This document shows, piece by piece, positions 30,475-38,511 of a stretch of DNA of 64,000 bases. How positions within the stretch are numbered: position 1 is the first letter of the stretch; each line of letters begins with the position of its first letter. The notes beneath the pieces were generated by a model. That model made no database searches, was not told the DNA's origin, and saw only the letters and a list, made by a program, of their open reading frames with translations. The position numbers were made by a program, and so were the translations under genes. The stretch is from an uncultured Nannocystaceae bacterium (lineage in GTDB: Bacteria; Myxococcota_A; Bradymonadia; UBA7976; UBA1532): contig CAYLJJ010000013.1 of assembly GCA_964384025.1 (NCBI GenBank), forward strand, positions 46 through 64,045, written 5' to 3'.

Positions 30475-31790
30475 GCTGGCTCCTTGAAGCCCTGGCGCGT
30501 GGCGGTGAGGGGCAGGCGCTCTGGAGCCCTGAGGGGGGGCTCAACTATTCAGAACTCTTGGAAAAGGTGGAGGCCCTACGGCAGCGTCTGCGCACCTGGC
30601 CGGGGCGAGTCTTTGCCTTTCAGGGGGGGTTCTCGGCAGAGCTGATCGTCCGCCTCCTGGCCCTCTTTCTTGAGGAGCGTGTCGCTGTACCTCTGGCCCC
30701 CAGCGTCAAAGGTGAGCTGGAGCAGGCCCTTGACGTGCTGCCTCTGGATGGCTTCTGGCCTGAGGGGACCCCGCTGACAACACCCCCTCAGGCGATGGGG
30801 CCTGCACGACACCCGCTCCTCGACACCCTCTCGGGAGCGGGCCTGGTGATCCTGACCTCCGGCTCTACCGGGCGCCCCAAGCTGATCCTGCATGATGTTA
30901 AGCGCCTCTTCGCTCCTTTGATGCACCCTCGTAACTCCTATCGGGTCCTCTCCTTCCTGCTCCCTGATCATATGGGGGGTATTCAGACCCTTATGGGGAC
31001 CCTCACCTCAGGGGGCTGTTTGATTCCACCCGGCCTACGCGATCCAGAAGGGATCTGCGCGCGGGTAGAGGCAGCGCGAGTCAGCCTACTTCCTGTAACC
31101 CCCTCTTTCCTCAACCTGCTGCTGCTCTCAGAAGCTTGGCGTCGCTTTGATTGCAGCAGCCTCCGGGTGATCTCCTATGGCACAGAGGTGATGCCTGAGC
31201 AGAGCCTTAAGGCGGCGGTGCGCGCCTTTCCGGGGGTCCGCTTCCTTCAACTCTATGGCTCCAGCGAGTTGGGCATCCTGCGCAGCCGCTCTGAGGCTCC
31301 AGATTCTCCCTGGATGCGCTTTGAGGGGGTCGAGCTGCGCGTCGATGAGGGCCGCCTCTGGCTGCGAGGTCCTGACTCGATGCTGGGCTACCTAAGCGGA
31401 GAGCCCAGGGGCTTTGATGCCGCAGGCTGGTATGACACTGGAGACCGTGTGGAGCAGCGTGGAGAGTGGCTCCGGATCCTGGGGCGAGAGCTGGAGCTGA
31501 TCAATGTAGGGGGCCAGAAGGTCTACCCCGCTGAGGTGGAGGAGGTTCTCTTGAGCCTAGAGGGGGTCAAAGATTGTGTGGTCTATGGTAGCCCTCATCC
31601 GCTGATGGGTCAGGTCCCGATGGCACGGGTCTCTCTCTCGACCAAGGAGGGAGCCTCCAGCTTTAAGCGTCGTATGCGCCAAGCTCTCAGGACGCGTTTA
31701 GAGCCATATAAGATCCCGGTGCGGGTGGAGCGAGTGGAGTCGGTGGTGGGGAGGCGCTTCAAGCGCGTCCGAGGTGCTGCTCCTCATTGA
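30471..31790 (+). CDS. ANL-family acyl-CoA/acyl-ACP ligase
   Basis: LTSGSTGRPK, YGSSE, WYDTGD, INVGGQKVYPAEVE, YKIP. Confidence 0.9.
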   Translation: MSWLLEALARGGEGQALWSPEGGLNYSELLEKVEALRQRLRTWPGRVFAFQGGFSAELIVRLLALFLEERVAVPLAPSVKGELEQALDVLPLDGFWPEGTPLTTPPQAMGPARHPLLDTLSGAGLVILTSGSTGRPKLILHDVKRLFAPLMHPRNSYRVLSFLLPDHMGGIQTLMGTLTSGGCLIPPGLRDPEGICARVEAARVSLLPVTPSFLNLLLLSEAWRRFDCSSLRVISYGTEVMPEQSLKAAVRAFPGVRFLQLYGSSELGILRSRSEAPDSPWMRFEGVELRVDEGRLWLRGPDSMLGYLSGEPRGFDAAGWYDTGDRVEQRGEWLRILGRELELINVGGQKVYPAEVEEVLLSLEGVKDCVVYGSPHPLMGQVPMARVSLSTKEGASSFKRRMRQALRTRLEPYKIPVRVERVESVVGRRFKRVRGAAPH

Positions 31791-31821
31791 AGTTATAGGG
31801 CTTTCTTGCTATGTCGCCCTT

Positions 31822-32622
31822 ATGAGTATCCTGCGCACCTCCTGGCTGCCTCTCCTCGCTCTGATCATCGTTGGAACCCTCTGGTGGTTTCGCCCAGGCG
31901 GGATAGAGGGCCCTCGCCCTAAGCCTGTTTCTCCCGAAGGGAAGCGCTTTGAGCACAGCGAATTCAGCGCAATCCTCAAAGGCTTGGCTGCTCAAGAGGA
32001 GATCGACTATGCGGCGCTCCGTCAAGCTCCAGAAGCTCTCGATCACTATCTGGGACAGCTGCGGGCCACCAGCCCCAAAAGCGCCCCGCACCGCTTTAAG
32101 ACCCCTGAAGATCGTCTAGCCTATTACCTAAACGCTTATAACGCTTTCGCTCTGGCGGCGATTCGAGATCACTGCCCTCTAGAGAGCGTCCAGAGCCTCT
32201 ATCTCATGGATGGCTTCTTCTGGCGGATCTCCTTTCTCATGGGAGAGCTGGAGATCACTTTAGGCGATCTAGAAGCAGAGCAGATCTCTGAGTTGGTTCA
32301 AGGGCAAGGGGCGGTGCGTCTGGCCCTGATCAAAGGGGCTAAGAGTTCCCCTCCCTATCTCCCCGAAGCCTATGAGGGAGAGCGGCTCAAAGAGCAGCTT
32401 GAGAAGGCCGCGCGCCGCGCGCTTAAGCGCCCTCAAATCCTTAAACGAGAGGGGGAGGTCCTCAAGATCAACCCCATCTTCTCTTGGTATCAGAGAGACT
32501 TTGGGCAGGATCCAAAGGTCTTTATCAAGGCCCTGGCTCCCGCTGCCCTGGAGGGAGATCCCAGGCTGGAGGAGCAGGACTTTGACTGGTCCCTGAACGG
32601 TCGCTGTAGCGCCACCCCCTAA
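31822..32622 (+). CDS. DUF547-like protein
   Basis: IDYAAL...LAYYLNAYNAF...INPIFSWYQRDF...DFDWSLN. Confidence 0.8.
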   Translation: MSILRTSWLPLLALIIVGTLWWFRPGGIEGPRPKPVSPEGKRFEHSEFSAILKGLAAQEEIDYAALRQAPEALDHYLGQLRATSPKSAPHRFKTPEDRLAYYLNAYNAFALAAIRDHCPLESVQSLYLMDGFFWRISFLMGELEITLGDLEAEQISELVQGQGAVRLALIKGAKSSPPYLPEAYEGERLKEQLEKAARRALKRPQILKREGEVLKINPIFSWYQRDFGQDPKVFIKALAPAALEGDPRLEEQDFDWSLNGRCSATP

Positions 32623-32641
32623 AAGAGATCCTAAAGAGATT

Positions 32642-34006
32642 ATGCGCAAGACCCTCATCCTCTCCCTCATCGGCTTGGCGATCTTCGCCGCCTTCGCAGG
32701 CCCCCGCCTCCTGATCCACAGCAAAGATAACCACTTCGTCTATCTCGCTGATGCCTTCCTCCACGGTCAGACCGAGGTGACCCGTATCCCCCATCACCAA
32801 AATGACTGGGCCACCTACGTTGAGCTTGAACTTAAAGGAAAATCAAAGGAGCAGCATGGGGAGCGGGTCAAAGGCTTCTTTACGCGTCGCTCTAAAAAGC
32901 GAGATGAGTTTCGTTTGCTCTCTGGTGAAGAGATTCAGATCCCTCACCGGGATCGAGGTGAGAGCAAAGATCACCGCTTTGTCTCCTTTCCTCCAGGTCC
33001 TGCCGTCGCCATGATGCCTCTGGTCCTCTTGACCGGCTATGGTACCAATGATGTGATCTTTACGATCCTCTTCTCAGCGATGAACCTGGGGCTGATCTTC
33101 CTCCTGCTCCAGTGGCTCTCCCAAAATGGCCATTCAAAGCGCAGCGAGAGAGAGAACCTCTGGTTGAGCGTGCTCTTTGGCTTTGGTACCGCGCATCTCT
33201 GGTGTTCTGTCCTGGGACGGGTCTGGTTTACTGCTCTGATCCTGGGAGTGACCTTTAACCTACTCTATATCTATTTCTCCATTGGAGCGCGCAAGCCTTT
33301 GCTCGCAGGGATTGCGTTGGCGGCAGCCTTCTCGACGCGAGCGAGCCTGCTCTTCGCGGCGGTCTTCTTCTATATGGAGCTGTTCTTCCCCCCGCGGGGA
33401 GCGCGTCTCCCTCGTAAGGAGCTGCTCCGCAGCCTGCTGCTCTTCTCGCTGCCTCCGCTCTTGGTGGGCCTAAGCCTCCTTTATTACAACTATGTTCGCT
33501 TTGAAGATGCCTTGGAGTTTGGTCACAGCTATCTAGCGGGAGGGACGATCCCTCGCATCCGTGACTTTGGGATGTTCCACCCTGCCTTCCTCAATCGCAA
33601 CCTCACCGCTGCTCTGACCCTGCTCCCTCGCGTCATCGACCACGCCCCCTATATCCAGATCAGCAAACATGGTCTCAGCATCTTCCTGACCACTCCAGCT
33701 TTGCTGCTTCTCCTCTGGCCCAAAGAGCGCAGCAGCCTCGCTCGGCGCCTTGGGATCACGGCGGCGCTGATCGCCCTGCCCATCGCCTTCTATCAAAATA
33801 CAGGTTGGGAGCAGTTTGGCTTTCGCTTCATTCTGGACTTTCTGCCCTACCTGATCCTCTGCTTGGCCCTGGGTGGGGTTCGACTCGGTCGTAAGTTCAA
33901 GGCCCTGATCATCGCTGGAATCTTGGTCAATGCCCTGGGAGCAGGAACCTTTCATCGGGTGGGTAAGCTCTATGCAGACTTCATGTGTGAAGAGCCTCGA
34001 CGCTGA
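32642..34006 (+). CDS. Polytopic membrane protein, GT-C glycosyltransferase-like
   Basis: Many TMs; FPPGPA, YNYVRF, QFGFRFILDFLPY. Confidence 0.55.
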   Translation: MRKTLILSLIGLAIFAAFAGPRLLIHSKDNHFVYLADAFLHGQTEVTRIPHHQNDWATYVELELKGKSKEQHGERVKGFFTRRSKKRDEFRLLSGEEIQIPHRDRGESKDHRFVSFPPGPAVAMMPLVLLTGYGTNDVIFTILFSAMNLGLIFLLLQWLSQNGHSKRSERENLWLSVLFGFGTAHLWCSVLGRVWFTALILGVTFNLLYIYFSIGARKPLLAGIALAAAFSTRASLLFAAVFFYMELFFPPRGARLPRKELLRSLLLFSLPPLLVGLSLLYYNYVRFEDALEFGHSYLAGGTIPRIRDFGMFHPAFLNRNLTAALTLLPRVIDHAPYIQISKHGLSIFLTTPALLLLLWPKERSSLARRLGITAALIALPIAFYQNTGWEQFGFRFILDFLPYLILCLALGGVRLGRKFKALIIAGILVNALGAGTFHRVGKLYADFMCEEPRR

Positions 34007-34077
34007 TTCCAAATTTGAGAATGAGTGCTGTGTAGTTCACTATTGCTTCAAGACCGAGCCTGAGACAGAGGGAGAGA

Positions 34078-35883
34078 ATGCTACGGGATCATCCAAAGAG
34101 CGTCCTGGTCCTTGAGGAGAACCCCAAGATCGCACAGAAGCTGCTTGAGATCCTCAGCCTAGAGGGCTTCCGTGTTGAGAGCGCAGGAGAGGCTCAGACA
34201 GCGCTCGAGAGAGCCCAGGAGTTGCAGCCAGAGTTTGTCTTGATGGAGTACCTGCTCCCAGGTGCGGAGGATGGAGCCCTCATCGAGGCCCTTCAAGTTC
34301 AGAGCCCTAAGAGTCAAATTCTGGTGATGGCCGCTTCTCCCAGCGTGCGAGATCGTTTGATGGCCAAGGGCCTGAGGGTTGAGGGCTTCCTCTTAAAGCC
34401 TTTTCGACGCTTGGCGCTGCTCGAGGCCCTGAAAGATCTACAGGGAGAGCGCTTAGACCCTGAGCTGAGCCCGGTAGAGACCGAGCACGATCTGCGAGGT
34501 TTCCTGAGCCCTATGCGCCCTCTAAACCTGCTCCTCCTGAGGCTGTTGCGGGAGGGAGCCACTGGGATCCTGCGTCTAGAGCGAGATGGGATCTGCCGTC
34601 ACCTCTATCTGCTTAATGGTCTCCCTGTCTCTGCTGAGAGCAACCTCCTCGATGAAACCCTCGGTCGCTATCTCGTTCAACGCAAGATCATCAATGAGGA
34701 GCAGTATCAGGCGATCGAGCGCTATCGTAAAGCCTGGGATCTGCGCCAGGGAGAGGCTCTGTTGGCGTTGGAGCTGCTCAGCCAAGTGCAGCTCTATGGC
34801 CTCCTGAGGGCGCAGGTGAGAGAGCGAGCGCTCCACTGCTTTGCTTGGGAGGGAGCACGCTTCTCTTTTCGGGCAGAGGAGCGCTTCTTGGATGAGCGTC
34901 CTCTCTTTCCGCTCAACCCCATCAGCCTCAGCATTGAGGCGCTCCTGCGCAGGGACTCCTCAGCGCAGTTGGAGCAGCTCTATCATCGCCATCAGAAGCA
35001 CAAGCTCTCTCCAGGCCCCCTCTTGGAAGAGCTGTCTACCTATATCGATCGCCTCCACTCTCCTGGCCTCCTCAGCGCGCTCTTTAGAGGAGGCTGTAGC
35101 CCCGCTGAGCTGTTGAGCTGTCTAGGTTGGAGCCCCTCAAGGGTTCAGGGGATGGTGCAAGCGCTGATGGAGTTGGGGCTTTTGCAAAGCTTTGAGCCTC
35201 TAGAAGAGGAGGAGACTTTAAGAGAGCTGGGGGCTTGCCCTGCGTTCTTAGATCCACGCATGGAGCCTGAACCCCCCGCTGAAGATCCTCAGGCGGCCCA
35301 AGTCTTCAAGGCTTATCTCAGGGGCCGAGGAGATCACTACTCCGCTCTGGGCCTGGAGCCTGGAGCGGATCTGCGTAGCCTCGAGGCAGCTTGGTTGACG
35401 GTCAACCGCAGCTTTCACCCTGATCGACTGGCCAAACATCCGGACGCTGAGGTAAGGGAGCGAGCCAAGGAGGTCTTCTTGAGGGCCAGCTTGGCTTTTA
35501 AGGTCCTATCCAAATCAGCGTCCCGAGAGGCCCATCTGCGAGAACTGAAGTTGAAGTCCAAGGTCCTTCCTCAGATCGACGCTCGCGAGGAGTTTGCTCG
35601 CGGGCAGCATCTGCTCCAGGAGAAAGAGCATCAGGGCGCCTGTCAGGCCTTTGCCCGAGCCTGCTCTGCTGCTCCTGAACAAGCTCTCTATGAGATGCAC
35701 TTGGGCTGGGCGACCTTCCTGGCTGCTGAGGGGACCGCTGCTCAAAGAAAGGGAGAGGCTATCTTGCTCCGAGCTTTAGAGCGAGCACCGGGCTCTGCCA
35801 TTGGCCAGAGCTTCCTCTCCAGGCTCTACCTCTCCACAAAACAAGAGCCTTTGGATAAACCATCAGGAGGGCTCGGTGGCTGA
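34078..35883 (+). CDS. Receiver + DUF4388-like + DnaJ-like + TPR signalling protein
   Basis: N-terminal REC (VLVLEE...LLKPF); ATGILRL...LYLLNG.PV; DHYSALGL...HPD; C-terminal TPR. Confidence 0.8.
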   Translation: MLRDHPKSVLVLEENPKIAQKLLEILSLEGFRVESAGEAQTALERAQELQPEFVLMEYLLPGAEDGALIEALQVQSPKSQILVMAASPSVRDRLMAKGLRVEGFLLKPFRRLALLEALKDLQGERLDPELSPVETEHDLRGFLSPMRPLNLLLLRLLREGATGILRLERDGICRHLYLLNGLPVSAESNLLDETLGRYLVQRKIINEEQYQAIERYRKAWDLRQGEALLALELLSQVQLYGLLRAQVRERALHCFAWEGARFSFRAEERFLDERPLFPLNPISLSIEALLRRDSSAQLEQLYHRHQKHKLSPGPLLEELSTYIDRLHSPGLLSALFRGGCSPAELLSCLGWSPSRVQGMVQALMELGLLQSFEPLEEEETLRELGACPAFLDPRMEPEPPAEDPQAAQVFKAYLRGRGDHYSALGLEPGADLRSLEAAWLTVNRSFHPDRLAKHPDAEVRERAKEVFLRASLAFKVLSKSASREAHLRELKLKSKVLPQIDAREEFARGQHLLQEKEHQGACQAFARACSAAPEQALYEMHLGWATFLAAEGTAAQRKGEAILLRALERAPGSAIGQSFLSRLYLSTKQEPLDKPSGGLGG

Positions 35884-37987
35884 GAAGTCAGATCCAGAGA
35901 TCTCCTTTTTCAAGCGAGATGTTCCTCAAGCTCTTAAACCCCAAGCTCGTGGGGAACGCATTTTAGATTTCTTACCGGATGAAGCTCCCAGCGACGACAC
36001 CGAGGCCTGCCCGCCCCCTCACTTCTTTGAGATCCCCGATCCAGAAGATGATCTGATCCCCAGGGCCAGAAATTCAGGATCTCAGAAGCGATTGGATTTG
36101 GAAGCACCCAAAGCTGAGAAACCTTCAGCGGCGCCTCTCCCCGTGGATCCAGAAGAGCTGTTGGACACCAACGCCTACGAGCCCTGGCGCGCAACTCCCC
36201 TTGTTGTTCAGGAGGCGCTCCCCAAGACTCCTCCTCCTCTCCCTTGGCAGCGGCTCTTTGATCCTTCTGAGCTTTCAGAGATGATCAACATTCCAGAGAT
36301 CAGCGACGAAGAGGCGGGTCTGCCTCGACCTGTTCATCTGGGAAAGCCCGGCAAGCTTTCGAACCTCGATGAGCGCCAGGAGCCCTCTGTGATCTTGAAT
36401 ATGCCTGCGTTGACAGGACAGTTCGAGTTTAAACAGGTGGAGCCGAAGCGAGGGCGTCTGACGGTGCGAGGGGGAGCGCTGGCAGGAAAGAGTTGGTATC
36501 TGAACCGACAACGGACCCACCTAGGGCGAGGAACAGATAATGATATCGTCCTCCTGGATGTCTCTGTCAGCCGCCAACATCTCCGCTTTGAGCGTCACGT
36601 GGCAGGCTTCACCCTCTTCAACCTAAGCGACGGCAACGGGACCCGCTTAAATAACCGACGGATTCAACAGAGTGAACTCTATGATGGTGATCTGCTCCAG
36701 ATAGGAAAGCTCAATTTAGAGTTTAGCTCTCAGGGAGAGGCACGACTCCGAGATCAAGATCTTCAGGGTACAGATCCAGGACCTCAGACTTTCAACCCCC
36801 AAGCCTCCAAGCGCTTCCCCTTCGTTTGGCTTCTGATCTGGAGCTTAACTACTTTTCTTGTGGTCTTCTCCAGCATGTATCTCGCCCGGCGTCTGCTGAG
36901 AGAGCCGGGTCCGATCTATTCTGCAGCAGAGGAGGCCAGTCAATATCACCGCCGAGGTTTGAGCGCTTTAGAGAAGAAGCATTGGCGTCAAGCCCGAGAG
37001 GATTTTCTGGTGGCTCGCAAGCTTTCTCCTGAGCGTTTTCCCTGCCAAGAGGAGCTGCTGCGCGCCGATCAGGAGATGAGCAACGAGCACTCCATCCGTC
37101 GAGCGCGTCTACGCCTGGGAAGGGCTACTTTGGAGGAGATTGAAGACCTCCTCGGTCAAGTTCAGGCAGGGAGCGTCTACGCTGTAGAGATGCGTAAGCT
37201 CAGAGAGAGGGCTCAGGATTTGGATCTCAAGCATCGCCTGGAGGCTGCTGATGAGGCCCTCTCCAGCGGCTTCACTGAGTTAGCGCGCTCTCGTGCGCGG
37301 CAGATCTTAGAGGAGGATCCGAGCAACGGTCGAGCACAGAGCATCCTGGAGGCTGCTCAGGCTGATGAGCAGGAGGTGGAGGGTAAGATCAATCGCCAAG
37401 ATGTAGAGCGAGCCCGTAGAGAGATGAGCCGGGGGCGGCAATTTTATCAGCAGGAGCGTTTCGCTGATGCGGTGGTGCTCTTGGAGCGCGCTGCACGACG
37501 AGCGATTCCTCGTAAGCTGCGGACCCAGGCCCGCAATCGTGCTCGCTGGACTCAGGCTTTCTCCAAAGCCAAGATCCAGGGGGAGGCCGCTTCAGCGGCT
37601 AAAAAACCAAGGGAATCTGCCTTGGCCTTTGAACAGGCCCTGGAGCTGGACCGCAAACTGGGGGGGCACTATCGAGACATCATCCGAGCTTTTTTGGTGG
37701 AGCAGCTCTACTATCATGCTCGGTGGGCTTTCGCTCAGAACCGCTATGGAGAGGCCGCAGTTTATGTGCGTCGAACTCTGAGCTTTGATCCTGAACATCC
37801 TCTCGCTGAAGCTCTCAGGTTGAAGGTGCAGAGCCGCGCAAGACAGCTCTTGGTCTTAGCCAAGGCGGCACAGGAGGGAGATCCAGCGCGAGCACGTCAG
37901 CTCTCCGAGGAGGCGGTCTCAATGAGCGCAGAGGGCAGCGTCCTCTATCTGGAGGCGATCGCCTTGATGGAGGAGCTGAGTCGATGA
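35876..37987 (+). CDS. FHA-domain membrane protein with C-terminal TPRs
   Basis: LGRGTDNDIVL.D.SVSRQH...NGT.LN; central TM; TPR helices; GTG at 35876 after AGGAGG. Confidence 0.85.
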   Translation: MAEKSDPEISFFKRDVPQALKPQARGERILDFLPDEAPSDDTEACPPPHFFEIPDPEDDLIPRARNSGSQKRLDLEAPKAEKPSAAPLPVDPEELLDTNAYEPWRATPLVVQEALPKTPPPLPWQRLFDPSELSEMINIPEISDEEAGLPRPVHLGKPGKLSNLDERQEPSVILNMPALTGQFEFKQVEPKRGRLTVRGGALAGKSWYLNRQRTHLGRGTDNDIVLLDVSVSRQHLRFERHVAGFTLFNLSDGNGTRLNNRRIQQSELYDGDLLQIGKLNLEFSSQGEARLRDQDLQGTDPGPQTFNPQASKRFPFVWLLIWSLTTFLVVFSSMYLARRLLREPGPIYSAAEEASQYHRRGLSALEKKHWRQAREDFLVARKLSPERFPCQEELLRADQEMSNEHSIRRARLRLGRATLEEIEDLLGQVQAGSVYAVEMRKLRERAQDLDLKHRLEAADEALSSGFTELARSRARQILEEDPSNGRAQSILEAAQADEQEVEGKINRQDVERARREMSRGRQFYQQERFADAVVLLERAARRAIPRKLRTQARNRARWTQAFSKAKIQGEAASAAKKPRESALAFEQALELDRKLGGHYRDIIRAFLVEQLYYHARWAFAQNRYGEAAVYVRRTLSFDPEHPLAEALRLKVQSRARQLLVLAKAAQEGDPARARQLSEEAVSMSAEGSVLYLEAIALMEELSR

Positions 37988-37989
37988 AG

Positions 37990-38382
37990 CTAGCCCTGAA
38001 CGCGACCTTGAAGAAGCTTGCGCGCCAGCTCCACGATCTCTCCGATATCGAAGGGCTTATCCAGATAAGCATCTGCGCCATAGAGGGGTGCGGTCATGGC
38101 ATTCACGGCAGGCCCAATGGCAGTTAGCATGAGGATCGCGAGATCGTCATACTCGTTATGGCTGCGAACATATTTGCAGATCTCCCAACCGCTCAGGGTG
38201 GGCATCATCACATCCAGGACGACCAGATCAGGCTGGTTGATGATGATCTGTTCAAGCGCCTCCTCACCATCCTTGGCCTCGATGATATCGCAATCTTCGA
38301 TGATCGAGAGGGCGCGATGTACAATCTTGCGGATCTCAAGATCATCATCAGAGATGAGGATCAGCTTGCGTTCATCACTCAT
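37990..38382 (-). CDS. Single-domain response regulator receiver
   Basis: ISDDD, LVVLDVMMP, LTA, YLDKPF; ATG at 38382. Confidence 0.92.
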   Translation of the reverse strand: MSDERKLILISDDDLEIRKIVHRALSIIEDCDIIEAKDGEEALEQIIINQPDLVVLDVMMPTLSGWEICKYVRSHNEYDDLAILMLTAIGPAVNAMTAPLYGADAYLDKPFDIGEIVELARKLLQGRVQG

Positions 38383-38511
38383 GATTTCGACCTCAAAGCC
38401 ATTCATATCAAGCATTTTAGGACTACGACCTTGCGAGGAGGCTTGTCAAGAATCAGGATTCACCTTTTGGCTTTGTTTGATCTTTAAGAGTTGGGAGTTG
38501 TCGTGAAGGTG

